Below, piece after piece: positions 12,401 through 25,831 of a stretch of 64,000 nt of DNA. Position 1 is the first letter of the stretch; each line of letters opens with the position of its first letter. The position numbers and the translations under genes were made by a program. The notes beneath the pieces were generated by a model. That model had not been told where the DNA came from and did not search any database. It was given only the letters and a program-made list of their open reading frames with translations. This DNA is from Squalus acanthias (Eukaryota), in assembly GCA_030390025.1 (NCBI GenBank), contig CM059432.1, positions 114,454,001 to 114,518,000 of the forward strand. Reading direction: 5' to 3'.

Positions 12401-13802
12401 AATATCTACTCTAAATGCTCTCTCATAGGTTCAGCAATCACTTTTAAAGCTTCTCCAGGCTTAAGGCTCCAAAGTAAAGCATTTCCGTTACTATCAGCTG
12501 ATGCTGACAACTCTTTCATCTCATCATGAATGACCGTTGGTGCTGATTTGAAGCACTGCTATGAAGTTTCAGGTCATTTCCATATATTATAATGAGCTCC
12601 CAGCAGCATCGGTGTGTGCTCTTTCAGAAAGCCCCAGACCTGACAGTAAACAGCAGTGCGGCCATTATCAAACTGAAACCTGCTGTAAGAGAGTCCCAAT
12701 CCAGAATCCACCACAGGAAAATGCTGTTACGCTTGACCTACGGCCAAACTCTCCCCAAAGCATGAGTCAATTTTGGGTCAGTGATTGTAAGCAGAGGGAC
12801 AACATGTGCATGTCCGAATCAGGTAGCCTGATCTAATGGAGATACATGGGCAGATTTTGTCTTTACCGCTTGGGCATGAAGCATTGTCTGGGCAGAGTGC
12901 AATTAAGAAAACTGGGTGGAAAGGATTGGCCGCCATACCAGAACCCACCTGAATTTTCTCCTCGTTTACTACCTGGATGTTGCTTAACGCCCAGGGGGCA
13001 AAGTCATAAATCAAACCCATGGCCTCATATCGAAGATGCACTAATCTGATCCCTACCCAAGCTCCTCCAGTAAAATGATTTCACCAACACCAACACTAAA
13101 AAGAGTGCTCCATAAGTCCAAATAGATATTTTCTGAAATGTGCTGACTCCAAGCTCAATCTTGAAATTTTTATTTATCTGGGGCGGGGAACCAGAAAATA
13201 GCAGAAAGAAGCAGAAATGAGATCAGAGGACAGAGAGATATAAACAGCAGTAAATTTAGAAATATCCCAAAAATTGCAGGGACCAGATTGAGGAAAATAA
13301 CAAATGTGATGAAGGAGGTATTGAACTGTATGTACGTCAATGTCCATAGTGTAACTAATACGGTTGGTGAGCTGCAGGCACAAGTTGCCACATGAGATTA
13401 TGACGTGGTTGCATTAACAGAGACATGGCTCAAACATGGCCAGGAATGAGCTCTTAAATGTCCTGTTTTACTAGTATTCAGGAATGATTGAAAAGGAAAA
13501 AGTGGAGGGGGCATGGCAGTATTGATTAAGGATGATGTTACAGTTCTAAATAGAAAGGATGTACTAGATGGTTCTAGGCCTGGATCTATTTGACTTGAGT
13601 TGAGGAACAGAGGGAGATCTGTTACATTGTTGGGAGTTTTTTTTATAGAGCTCCATACAGTGAGAAGGAGATAGATGAGCAAATTTGTCCGCAAATTTCA
13701 AAGGTGTGTAACAAAAAAAAAGTAATATTTGGAGACATTAATTCCTTAATATAGGCTGGGAGAAAAACAGTGCTAAGTGTAGGGAAGATGAGGAATTTCT
13801 GA

Positions 13803-15990
13803 AATAACAACAGAAAACGATGGAAAAACTCAGCAGGCCAGGCAGCATCCATGGAGAGAGAAACAGAGTTAACGTTTCAGGTCGAAGACCTTTTGTCAGA
13901 ACTGGAAACAAGCAGGAAATGGAATAGATTTTAAAGCAAGTTTAGGGGCTGGGATAAGGGGTAGGGATGAAAGAACAAAAGGGAAGGTCAGTGATAGGAT
14001 AGAAAGCAGGAGAGATTAAGAGACATTGAGAGACATTAAGAGATATTCAAGGCAAGAGGAGGTGGTAATGGGACAGGTTAAGGAACAAAGGATGGCTCTA
14101 GTTGAAGTGTGAATTGCGCTGGCAGAATGAAGGACAGCTGCCATGTGGGAGAGAAGAAAAAAAGGCCAAACAAAAGTGTGGAAAAATATATATATATGTG
14201 ATAGGGGCCGAGGTTATGATCTGAAATTGTTGAACTCTATGTTGAGTCCAGAGGCCTGTAGAGTGCCTAATCGAAAGATGAGGTGCTGTTCCTCGAGCTT
14301 ACGCTGAGCTTCCGTGGAACAATGCAAGAGGCCGAGGACGGTGAGGTCTGAGTGGGAATGGAGCGTTGAATTAAAGTGACAGGCCACCGGGAGCTCGGGG
14401 TCTCCCTTACGGACTGAACGGAGGTGTTCCGCAAAGCGGTCATCCAATCTGCGTTTGGTCTCCCCAATGTAGAGGAGACCACATCGTGAGCAGCGAATAC
14501 AGTATACTAAATTACAGGAAGTACAAGTAAATCACTGTTTCACCTGTAAGGGGTGTTTGGGGCCCTGGACAGTGGGAAGGGGGGAGGTATAAGGGCATGT
14601 ATTGCATCTCCTGCGCTTGCACGGGAAGGTGCCGGGCGAAGGGGAAGGGGTGCTGGGGGTGATAGAGGAGTGGACTAGGGCGTCGCGGAGGGAGCGGTCC
14701 CTACGGAATGCTGAAAGGGGAGGTGAGGGGAAGATGCGTTTGGTGGTGGGATCACGCAGGAGGTGGCGGAAATGGTGGAGGATGATCCGTTGAATGTGGA
14801 GGCTGGTGGGGTGAAAAGTGAGGACAAGGGGAACTCTATCGTGGTTCCGGGAGGGAGGGGCCGGGGTGAGGGCAGAAGTGCGGGAGATAGAACGGACACG
14901 GTCGAGGGCCGTGTCAACCACAGTAGAGGGGAATCCTCGGTTGAGGAAAAAGGAAGACATGTCGGAAGCACTGGTATGGAAGGTGGCATCATCAGAGCAG
15001 ATGCGGCGGAGACGGAGAAACTGGGAGAAGAGAATAGAGTCCTTACAGGAGGCGGGGTGGGAGGAAGTATAGTCCAGGTAGCTGTGGGAGTCAGTGGGCT
15101 TGTAGTGAATGTTTGTCAATAACCTATCCCCAGAGATGGAGACGGAGAAGTCGAGGAAGGGAAGGGAAGAGTCGGAGATGGACCATGTGAAGGTGAGGGA
15201 AGGGTGGAAATTGGAAGCAAAGTGAATGAAATTTTCGAGTTCAGGGCGAGAGCAGGAGATGGCACCGATAGTCATCAATGTACCGGAAAAAGAGGTGAGG
15301 GAGGGGACCCGAGTAGGACTGGAACAAAGAGTGTTCCATATATCCCACGAAAAGGCAGGCATAGCTAGGACCCATGCGGGTACCCATAGCAACACCTTTG
15401 ATTTGGAGGAAATGAGTGGCGTCAAAGGAGAAGTTGTTCAATGTGAGAACAAGTTCAGCCAGGCGGAGGAGGGTGGTGGTGGATGGGGACTGGTTGGGCC
15501 TCTGTTCAAGGAAGAAGCGGAGCGCCCTCAGACCATCCTGGTGAGGGATGGAGGTGTAGAGGGATTGTACGTCCATAGTGAAAAGGAGGCGGTTGGGGCT
15601 GGGAAACTGGAAACTGTTAAAGTGGCGGAGGGCGTCGGAAGAGTCGTGGATGTAGGTGGGAAGAGACTGGACAAGGGGAGAAAAAAGAGTCGAGATAGGA
15701 AGAGATAAGTTCCGTAGGGCAAGAACAGGCTGAAACTGGCAGTCCTGTTTGTGGATCTTGGGAAGGAGGTAGAAGCGGGCTGTGCGGGGTTGGGGAACTA
15801 TGAGGTTGGTGGCCGTGGGGGGAAGATCTCCAGAGGAGATGAGGTCAGTGACAGTCTTGGAAACGGTGACTTGATGTTCGGTAGTGGGGTCATGGTCCAG
15901 GTGGAGGTAGGAGGAGGTGTCGGAGAGTTGGCGTTCAGCTTCCGCTAGGTAAAGGTCAGTTCGCCAAACAACAACAGTACCACCCTTGTC
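13803..15990 (-). mobile_element. 5'-truncated Penelope-like element, Neptune-type (RT, Cys-rich linker, GIY-YIG endonuclease, hammerhead in 3' terminal region)
   Basis: DKGGTVVVW, TMDVQSLYTSIP, GVAMGTRMGPSYA, FRYIDD, CKRRRCNTC, NLVYCIRCSRCGLLYIGET; TSD ATTTCTGA (13795-13802 / 15993-16000); a few frameshifts and stops. Confidence 0.92.
13867..13903 (-). ncRNA. Minimal type I hammerhead ribozyme motif (core mutated to CUGACAA)
   Basis: AGTT-CTGACAA-A-AGGT CTTCG ACCT-GAA-ACGT-T-AACT: stem I, core, stem II, palindromic stem III. Confidence 0.7.
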
Positions 15991-17340
15991 ATATTTCTGA
16001 TATGAGTACAGGAGAACTTTCTCGATCAATATATCTCTAGTCCAACAAGGAAGGAAGCAGTGTTGGATCTGGTTCTGGGAAATGAAGTAGGTCGAGTGGA
16101 GTGTGTTACAGTAGGAGATCATCTAGCTAAAAGTGACCACAACATAATGCGGTTTAAAGTAATTATGGAAAGAGACCAGCAAACATTGAAGTTAAAAATG
16201 CTCAACTGAGGAAGAACTAATTTCAGTGATTTAAGAAGGAATCTAGCACAAGTAGATTGGAAAAGGCGATTGCAGGGTAAAGCAGTAACAGAGCAATGGA
16301 GGGCATTCAGGGAAGAGATAGTTCAGATACAAACTAGGCATATTCCTTTGAAGGGAAAAGGTAGCACATACATAGCTAATGTGCCCTGGATAATAAAGGA
16401 AATGATAATTAAAATAAAACTGCAAAAGGAGGCTTATGACAAATGTCAGGAGCAAGATTCAGTTACTAACCAGGAAAATTATGGGAAGTACAAGAGGGAA
16501 TTGAAAAAGTTACTACGGGAGGCAAAGAGAAGTTACAAGAAAAGATTAGTAGGCGACATTAAATTGAACCTAAAACCATTTTATAAACATATAAAGTGTA
16601 AGCGGTTAGCTCGGGAAAAAGTTGGGTCTATTAAAGTCCAAAGGGACGTCATATATAGGCAGTGGACAAGACTAAAGTATCAAATGAGTACTTTGCATCT
16701 GTCTTCACAAAGGAAGCGGATGATGTGAAGGTTACACTAAAAGAGGAGAGGGAAATTATTGACAGGATAGTAATATAGTGATATAGAAGATGTAATATAG
16801 TGATATAGAAAGTTGGTAAGTCACCTGGTCCAGATGGAATGCATCCTAGGTTGCTGGTAGAAGCAAAGGTATAAATAACAGAGACTTTGGTCATAATCTT
16901 TCAATCCTCATTGGATACAGGAGTAGTGCCGGAGGACTGGAAGGTTGCTAATGTTATACCACTATTCAAGAAAGGGGAGAGGGATAAACCAGGAAACTAC
17001 AGGCCCGTCAGCCTAACATCAGTGGTGGAGAAGTTATTCGAAACCATTATCATGGATAAAATAAACTTACATTTGGAAAGGCATGGGTTAATCAAGGAGA
17101 GTCAGCATGGATTTGTTAAAGGCAAAACATGTCTGACTAACTTGATTGAATTCTTTGATGAGGTAACAGAGAAGTTGATCAAGGTAGTGCAGTAGACGTT
17201 GTTTATATGGTCTTTCGGAAGGCATTTGACAAAATGCTTATTAAGAAGATGGAAGCCCATGGAATTAAGGGGAAAGTGGCGGTATGGATACAAAATTGGC
17301 TCAGTAACAGGAAGCAAAGGATGGATGTTTTTCAGACAGG

Positions 17341-17793
17341 GAAAGAAAGACTTGCATTTATATAGCGCCTTTCACGACCTCTGGATTTCTCAAAGCGCTT
17401 TACAGCCAATGAAGTACTTTTGAAGTGGAGTCACTGTTGAAATGTGGGAAACGCGGCAGCCAATTTGCGCACAGCAAACAGATAATGACTAGATAATCTG
17501 TTTTTGTTATGTTGGTTGAGGGATAAATAGTGGCCAGGACACCAGGGATAACTTCCCTGCTCTTCTTCGAAATAGTGCCATGGGATCTTTTACGTCCACC
17601 TGAGAGAGCAGACGGGGCCTCGGTTTAACATCTCATCCGAAAGACGGCACCTCCGACAGTGCAGCGGAGTCCCTCAGCACTGCACTGGAGTGTCAGCCTA
17701 GCTTTATGTGGTGAAGTCCCTGGAGTGGGACTTGAACCTACAACCTTCTGACTCAGAGGCAAGTATGCTACCCACTGAGCCACAGCTGACACT
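17341..17793 (-). mobile_element. SacSINE1-like DeuSINE (tRNA head, Deu core, L2-type tail)
   Basis: TGGCTCAGTGG A box and GGTTCAAGTCC B box; Deu-domain-like GGAGGTGCCGTCTTTCGGATGAGA..GTAAAAGATCCCATGGCAC; tail GGCGCTATATAAATGCAAGT. Confidence 0.85.
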
Positions 17794-18460
17794 GTGGGAG
17801 GTGATTTGCAGTGATGTTTCCCAAGGGTCAGTTTTCGGTCCATTACTCTTTTCAATTTTTTTTAAACGATCTAGACTCAGGTATAGGGAGAAGCATTATA
17901 AAGTTTGCAGATGATACAAAACTTGGCGTCGTAGTAGATAGTGATGAGGATAGTTCAAGGCCGCAAAATTCGGCTCCTTAGTGCCGGTAGTTTTTGCCAG
18001 TTTTGAATGAAAAAATGGTGGCTGCCTCGCTTTCACCCACTTCCAGTGCAGCCCACGTTGAACGCCATCTTGGTAAGGGTGATATCGTGGGTGGTACTTG
18101 CATGTGCTGGCAGTATGCAGAGTAGGCAGATCATGACTCAGTCAGCGTGTAACACTGATTGGATGCATGACCTGCTATTTTCAAACTCACTGCTCCATTC
18201 AACGCCCTCTCCTAAACACACACAGCTGAACGTGTGTTCAGCTGCACGAGGGACCCCCCACTAGCGCTACTTAAAGGGATATATCCAAATTGCAGGTTAC
18301 TTGCATATTGATATGTACTGGCTCTTGCAGAGTTTGTAGGAGTACTGGGTTGCTGGAACAGATTTGAAAAATTGGTAAAGTGTGCAGGGAGTGCTGCTGG
18401 GTGTTGAGAAGGAGTTGGCTGCTACTGGAAGGCCTCTGAGTACATCACTTGCTCTCAGTC

Positions 18461-19625
18461 ATGGGGGCTCTAGTTGCAGTCCCCCTTGCACGGCAGCATG
18501 ACAGGGAGGTGGAGCAGAGGCAGCAAAGACAAGCTGCTCGCAGAGGGAGGAGGAGGAGGAGGGCTCTCAGCAGGAGGCCTTACCCACATAGGGTCTTCAG
18601 GGAGCACTTCTCTTACCTGCACCTAAGCCAGGAGCAGTGTGTTCAGCAGCGCAGCTTCACCAAGGAGGTGGTCACAGAACTCTGCCACCTCTTGGAACCA
18701 GACCTACAGTCTGAGAGCAGGGTGACGACGACTCTGCCAGTGGCCCTCAGGGTGACCATGGCCCTGAATTTTTTTGCCAGTGGTCCTTCCAGGCTGGAAC
18801 AGGCGACATAGCAAACATCTCGCAGTTCGCCGTCCATCGCTGCATCTGGGAGGTCAAAGAGGCTCTGTACTCTAGAAGGGACTTCATTGTCTGCTCTCTG
18901 AACAGAGAGAAGCGGGAGGAGCGTGCACGGGGCTTTGCCATGGTACAGGGTACAGAGAGCCATCGACTGCACACAAGTGGCTTTGCGGGCACCGCATCTC
19001 AACAGTCAGATGTACCGTAACCGGAAAGGGTACCACTCACTTAATGTGCAGTTGATGTGCAACCAAGCCAGCACATCATGCTGGTGAATGCCCACTATTC
19101 TGGCAGCAGTCATGATGCGTTTATCCTGCGCCAGTTCGCTGTGCCAGCAATTTTCCAGCCATCATGTCGGTCCTGAGGGTGGTTGCTCGGTGACAAGGGC
19201 TATTTGCTTTACACCTGGCTGATGACTCCCCTCCACAACTCATGGCCAGCACTCATATAATGAGAGCTATGCTGCCACAAGGAACATCATCAAGCAGACC
19301 ATTGGGGTGCTCAAGCAACGGTTCCACTGCCTTGACCGCTTGGGTGGAGCTTTCCAGTACTCGTTGGAGTGGGTTTCCCAATTCGTACTTGTCTGCTGCA
19401 TCCTCTGCAGCTTGGCCATCGTGAGGGCGCAGCCCTTGCCACCATGGGTTCCGATCACCACCTCAGGAGGAGGAGAAGGAGGAGGAGGAAGAGGAGGACG
19501 AGGAAGAAGAGGAGAAGGAGGTGGAAGAGCAGGAGGATGAGGAGGAGGAAGGGAGGAGGCAGCCTGCACGTCCACGTTCCGGACGGGCTGTCCATGAGCG
19601 CAACATCAGACTCCGGTTCCCCTGA
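18461..19625 (+). pseudogene. Harbinger DDE transposase (HARBI1-like), frameshifted
   Basis: RRPYPHRVFR, LPVALRVTMALNFFASG, AIDCTQV, NRKGYHSLNVQLMC, GSSHDAFIL, LGDKGY, IKQTIGVLKQRF; acidic tail. Confidence 0.9.
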
Positions 19626-19699
19626 ATGAAACCTTCCCCACCTTACCATCCCTCTGTCATGGAACATCACAGTGCCCTGTTGGCCACAATGCTGAAATG

Positions 19700-21596
19700 A
19701 AAGCCACCACAAAACAAACCTCGAGCAGCTCTGGGCCTAGAATTCCCAGCAGCAGAATGCACCACCTCGGCATGGGCGGCAGCAGTCTGGGCTGACTGGC
19801 TGACAGGCAACAGCAAGGGCACTGGCGGAGTGGCAATGGTGAGAGGATGAATGCTGTCATCCTGAGAGAGGATAGTAGGATCTTGCTCCACAGAGCCACT
19901 GCCACAACTACAAATTGGGAAACCCATTCCGGAGAGCTCCACCCGAGCGGTCAAGGCAGTGAAACTGTTGCTTGAGCACCCCAATGGTCTGCTTGATGAT
20001 GTTTCTTGTGGCAGCGCCTCAGCATTCCTAGTAATCTGTTGGAGGACAGATTGCTGGACTGCTGTGACACCCTGCAAACCCTTTCAAACACTGGTAAACA
20101 CAGCCATGATGGCAGCAGTCTGAGCTTGCGGGCAGCAAGCTTAGCCTGCATGAGAGCAATCTGAGCTTGCATGACAGAAGTCTGAGCTTCCACTGCAGCA
20201 CTCAGACGTTGGGTGTTTCTGCTTGTGCTGCAATGGAAACTGAGATTTTGCCCATCAGACCTTGCATCATGGTTTTGTCCACAAGTGCGCTAATAGAGTT
20301 GCCCATCACTTCCATCCTGGAAATCATGGGCTCCAAGCTCTGTGCAAAGCCCTGTGCAAAATTGGTGCCGGACTCCTCCATGCTCCTTGACAGTGACAAC
20401 ACGCTCTTTGGCAGGCCTGCCAATGCACCAAGCATTTCTGTGTGCATGCCCATCACCCTTCTTCTGTAGGCCGTCCCATTGAAGTCCTCGTATGAGACTT
20501 CGGCAGCAGAACCCGTGTGCGACCTTGCCCTCCGGGGAGCTGGCACCGGCGCTACCCTTTGCCCCTGCCCTGGCTGCAGGCCACTCGTGCTCGGTGACTC
20601 ACCATGTGCAGATACTGCCTCTATACTACCCTCTAAAGTACATGCAGTGCCAGTTTCTGAGCTGGTGCCTGCGAGTGTGAGATCGAGTGATGGTGTCTCT
20701 TCTTCTCCATCACTCTCCGCTTGCTCTTCCTGCACTGGCTGGCCAGGTTGGAGTTCTTGGGTATCTAAAAGGAGAAAGGCACAAGGGTAGGGTTGTGGTG
20801 AGGGATCGGGGGGAAAGCAAGATGTGCATGCTTACACCATCAGCAGCTTGTAAGTGAGAAGATATTGTGGGATGAGGGGGAAGTGGGATGTGAGAAGGAT
20901 TAGGTATGAGCATACCATCATCTTCAATGGTTTCAGCCTCGCCGATCACCACGGACTCAGTGACGGCCCCTGCAATAATGTTGAGCACCGTCTCCTCCAG
21001 AGATGGTAAGGATATGCAGGCTTGCCTGTCCCCCGCTGGTTAGCTGCTGCTGCCTGCGGTTATGAGCCTCCTTGACCCGCAAGAGAGAGGGAAATGTATC
21101 AGTAAGTGTGATGCAATGTGTTTGGGTGATGTCATGGTTGAATAGCTGGCAGTGTGTGCAAGGTGTGAGATGTGGGTGTGAGGCTTGCAGCAGTGGTAAG
21201 TGTGTGAGGGTGAGGTGAAGCTATGAATGTTAGGTATGAGTTGTGATTGATAGAGATTGTTGGTAGGTGAGTGATGAGGGGTGTGGTACATTGAGCACTG
21301 TGTGAAGCTAGTGGTGCAGTTGGTGGGAGACGGCATTTGAAGATGCATTCGCTGCCCTTGACCACTCGTGTGAGGTCATTGAACCTCTTTCGGCACTGCA
21401 TCTATGCCCTCGGGCCGACACTGCTGGCATTGACAGCTATGGCTATCTGCTCCCACTGCCTTCGCAGTGTGTGTCTGGAGGGCCCCATGGCCCTCTGCGG
21501 ATAAAGGATCTGTCTCCTCCTTTACACCCCCTGCACTAAGGCCTCCAGTGCTGCGTCTAAGAACCTTGGAGCCCTTTCTCTGGCTTGTTGAGCCAT
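19700..21596 (-). pseudogene. Harbinger Myb/SANT (trihelix-type) DNA-binding gene, 3 exons, inactivated
   Basis: Exon 1 MAQQARERAPRF..WEQIA..QCRKRFNDLTRVVK (21596-21357); exon 2 ~21076-20916; exon 3 from 20764 (acidic, then coiled-coil-like). Confidence 0.8.
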
Positions 21597-22684
21597 TTTT
21601 CACTCTTCTTCTTTCTGAGCCTTGCCTCCACAACCAGTTGCATGAGCTGCTGCAGGGAGAATGCACCTCCCCTTTAAGAGGTGCAGACTACTTCAAGAAG
21701 TGGAGGCTAGCTTTAATTGGTACTTGCCTTGCACGAACTTCGGACCCTGCTGAGCGTTCAGCCATTCAGCAGCGCGTTAAGCGCTGGGCTGAACACTGCA
21801 ATCTTTGTAATTAGCAGGCAGCACAAAGGTCACATGCTGCCTGCATTCCTTTCAATGGGCACGGGCCGATCGTGCATCGTGATCCCCGTGCCCGTTTTCA
21901 GGGGCTATTGAATTTTTAGTCCATAGGCTTCAGGATGACAGAGATAGAATGGTGAAATGGGCAGAAGAACGGCAGATGGAGTTCAATGTGGAGAAGTGTG
22001 AAGTAATGCACTTTGGTAGGATGAATAATGGAAAGACAGTATACTATAACTGGCACGATTTTGAAAAGTGTCAATAAGCAGAGAGACCTTGGTGTCCATA
22101 TACAGGAATCCTTAAAGGTGGCAGGGCAAGTTGATAAGGTGGTTAAAAAATCATATGGGTTTATAAATAGAGGAATAGAATATAAAAACAAAGATATCAT
22201 GCTGGAACTTTATAAATAACTGGTTAGGCCTCAGCTGGAGTTTGTGGACAATTCTGGGCACCACACTTCAGGAAAGATGTAAAGGCCGCAGAAAGGGTAC
22301 AGAGGAGGTTTACCAGGATGTTACCAGGGATGAGGGACTTCAGTTATGAGGAGAGGTTGGAAAAGTTAGGACTGTTCTCCACGGAAAAGAGGTTAAGAGG
22401 TGACCTAATAGAGGTTTTTAAGATGATGAGAGGTTTTGATAGAGTAGATAGAGAAAAAATATTCCCTCTAGTGAGGAGCCATAGATTTAAAATCATTGGC
22501 AAAAGATCTAGAGTGGAGGAGGAGAATTTTTTTCACTCGGAGAGTTGTCAGGATCTGGAACGCACTACTTGAAAAGGTGGTGGATGCTGATTCCATAAAT
22601 AATTTTAAAAGGGAGTTGGACAGTTACTTGAGGATGAGGATGAGGATCTTTCAGGGTTTCGGACAAAAAGTGGGGATGTGGGAC

Positions 22685-22815
22685 CAATGTTCCTCCTAAT
22701 TTTGTTTTTGGGTGCCCTTTAATGAATGTGCAAAATCTGCCATAAAAAAGCCGGTAAGCGGCCCGCGCGGGACCTCCAGACAGCTGCACAGCCGCGCAGC
22801 TTAACAGGAACGTTG
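22685..22815. mobile_element. Small hAT-type MITE
   Basis: TIR CAATGTTCCTCCTAA / TTAACAGGAACGTTG; 8-bp TSD TGTGGGAC / TGTGGGTC. Confidence 0.75.
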
Positions 22816-22919
22816 TGTGGGTCTAAGCATGACTGCTCTTTCAAAGAGACAGCACAGGCACGATGGGCCAAATGGCCTCCTTGCATGCTGTTACTTTCTA
22901 TGATTCATTAAAGGAACAG

Positions 22920-23280
22920 AAAAAGTCACTAAGTCATATGAACCAGAAATACCAGGTTCAACTCCTGATCTGTGCTCAGTTAGCAGATCTCAACCAGCGC
23001 AGCACTGGGGTGCTACACTTGGCCTCAGAGGCCCTGGGGTGAAAGCAAAAAACAGGTCAAGGTAACTGCACCCAATCACTATCCAACTACATCTGCAGAA
23101 AACTGCATGTGTGTGAATGTTGGGTGAGAACAGCAACAAGCTCTGATGCCCTCCATGGTTGGGTGGTCTGCCAGGCCAACATAAGAAGAATGGCCACTTG
23201 CCGAGGTATCATCTCTCAGCAAAGCACTGCACCTTCAGAAGAGGAGGGGATAAAAGCAGAGAAAATTCTGAAAAAAGTAA
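22920..23280 (+). mobile_element. Old tRNA-derived SINE fragment (related copy on the minus strand at ~42860-43345)
   Basis: B-box-like CCAGGTTCAACTCC followed by CTGTGCT.AGTTAGC; shared segments with 42940-42970 and 43255-43340. Confidence 0.45.
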
Positions 23281-25831
23281 ATGATGGGCTGGGATTTTAG
23301 AACCAATCCTCCTTCCTCTCCTCCTTCAAACCCAGCTCTTTGACCAAACTTTTGGTCACCCCTCCTAGTATCTCCTTCTTTGGCTCAACACTTCTATGAA
23401 GTGTCTTGGATGTTTTTCTATGTTAAAGGCACTATGTAAATGCAAGTTGTTGTAATTCAATTGGTGCATTTTACGAATTTTCAAAGTGTTGCATTTGACT
23501 TGAACTGCAGCAAACAACTTACGTCCTTCGCTTGTTGTACTTGAAAATCAGGTGCAAAAATCACATTATTCAAAAAACATTACACAAATCGATTTTTAAG
23601 CCACAGCTGCTTACTTATCCAAATAGAGCCAATTTCGAGCTGCAGAAATCCCGTAAAAATGGCATACCGTTTTCACGGGTCTTCCTCTGCAGTCACAGCA
23701 GACGAGCAGAATTTCACCCCTTAGTCTTTAAATAACCGACAGTGGGTCTTCAGTGGCTGTGCGCACACTGAGTCAAACAGTATGGTAGAAGCTTGTGTGA
23801 GATGTAACGAGAGACAGTGAAGTAAGTAGATAGTGATAATGACCCTGAAAATCTGCAGGCCAGTGATCCCGGCAATTATGCTGAGAATTTGCTCGCTGCT
23901 GATCCCAGTGGCTTCACGCAGTTGGGGGAGGATCCCTAATTTCTTTGGCATTAGTGAGCGCCCTAAGGGTGCATCTAGGGTGTCCACCATTGTACAAATG
24001 CCAGAAAGCCCAGAGGAGGGCCCTCCCCCAAAACATGCTGTAGGGAACGGTAGCATAGTGGTTATGTTACTGGACTAGTAATCCAGAGGCCTGGACTAAT
24101 GATCTGGAGACGCGAGGAGAAATCCCACCACGGCAGCTGGGGAATTTGAATTCAGTTAATTAAATAAATCTGGAATAAAAAGCTAGTATCAGGATTGTCA
24201 TAAAAACCCATCTGGTTCACTAATGTTCTTTGGGAAGGAAATCTGCCATCCTTACCTGGTCTGGCCTATATGTGACTCCAGACCCGCAGCAATGTGGTTG
24301 ACTCTTAACTGGCCTCTGAAATGGCCTAGCAAGCCACTCAGTTGTAAAAAAACGTGACGAAAAACAATAAGAATAAAACTGGACGGACCACCCGGCATCG
24401 ACCTCGGCACCGGCTATGGACACAACAACAGCACACCCAGCCCAGTCGACCCTGCAGAGTCCTCCTCACCAACATCTGGGGACTTGTGCCAAAATTGGGA
24501 GAGCTGTCCCACAGACTAGTCAAGCAACAGCCTGCATAGTCATACTCACAGATTCATACCTTTCAGCCAATGTCCCAAACTCCTCCATCACCATCCCTGG
24601 GTATGTACTGTCCCACCGGCAGGGCAAATCCACCAGGGGTGACGGTACAGTGGTATACAGTCGGGAGTGACCCTGGGAGTCCTCAACATTGACTCCGGAC
24701 CCCATGAAGTCTCATGGCTTCAGGTCAGGCAAGGAAACCTCCTGCTGATTACCACCTAGGAAGGAGGTATTGATGGATCTGGTGCTGGGGAATGAGGTGG
24801 GCAAGGTCGAACAAGTGTCTGTGGAGAACAGTTAGGTACGAGTGATCATCGTATCATAAGATTTAGATTAGCAATGGAGAGCAGCAAGGAACAATCTAGA
24901 GTGGAACTTCTAAACTAGAATAGGGCTAACTTCAATGGGATGCGAAAGGATCTAGCCAGGGTAAAATGGAACCAAAGACTGACAGGAAAAACTGTAACCG
25001 AACAATGGGTGAACTTCAAGGAGGAGATGTTCCAAGTACAGGCTAGGTACATTCCAACAAGAGGGAAGGGTAAGGGAACCAAAGCAAGGGCTCCTTGGAT
25101 GACGAGGGAGATAGAGAAGATGAGGAAACAATAAAAGAGGGTGTATGATGCATGTCAGATGAATTCTTCAAGAGAGAACCAGATCAAATACAATAAGTTG
25201 AGAGAAAAAGTGAAGATGAAAATAAGATTGGCAAAGAGAGAATATGAGAGTAGAACAGCGGTTAATATAAAAGGGAACCCAAAAATCTTCTACTGGCATG
25301 TAAACAGTAAGCGGGTAGTAAGAGGCGGGGTGGGGCTATTAGGGACAAAGAAGGTGATATATGCTTAGAGGTGCAGGGCAAGGCTAGAATACTCAATGAG
25401 TACTTTGTATCGGTGTTTACTAAGGAGGTGGATGCTGACAAAATATCGGTTGAAGTGGAAAAGGTAGAAGCAATGGAAGGGGTGAAAATTGATAGACAGG
25501 ATGTACTAGAAAGGCTGGGTTTGCTTAGAGGGGATAAGTCGCCTGGTCCAGATGGCTTGCATCCCAGGTTGCAAAGGGAACTGGGGGAGGAGATAGCAGA
25601 AGGGCTTGCCATAATTTTCCAATCTTCCCTAGATGCGGGGGAGGTGCCTGAGGATTGGAAAGTGGCAAATGTGACACCATTGTACAAGAAAGGGTGTAAG
25701 GACAATCCTAGTAACTACAGGCCGGTCAATTTAACATCAGTGGTGGGTAAAATTTTAGAAAAGTAAGCAAGGAAAAAATTAACGGGCACTTGGAGAGGTT
25801 TAATCTAAATCAGGAGAGCCAACACAGATTT

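Larger units (their letters stand above)
17959..21922 (+). mobile_element. Near-full-length PIF/Harbinger DNA transposon, family A (inactivated)
   Basis: Imperfect TIRs GGCCGCAAAATTC / GAATTTTTAGTCC; interrupts the CR1 RT between ..EDS and RLQDD..; two convergent genes. Confidence 0.9.
13300..22910 (+). mobile_element. Long CR1 LINE ORF2 relic (APE endonuclease + RT + 3' tail), split by Penelope, SINE, Harbinger and hAT insertions
   Basis: YDVVALTETW, PEDWKVANVIPLFKKG, NYRPVSLTS, QHGFVKGKTCLTNL, KFADDTKLG, LRGDLIEVFK; tail GGGCCAAATGGCCT..TTCTATGA; reading resumes across each insertion. Confidence 0.9.

Noticed and set aside
19466..19560. (GGA/AGA)n purine repeat as an independent microsatellite
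   Set aside because: It is the expanded acidic C-terminal tract of the Harbinger transposase (compare 46418-46450).
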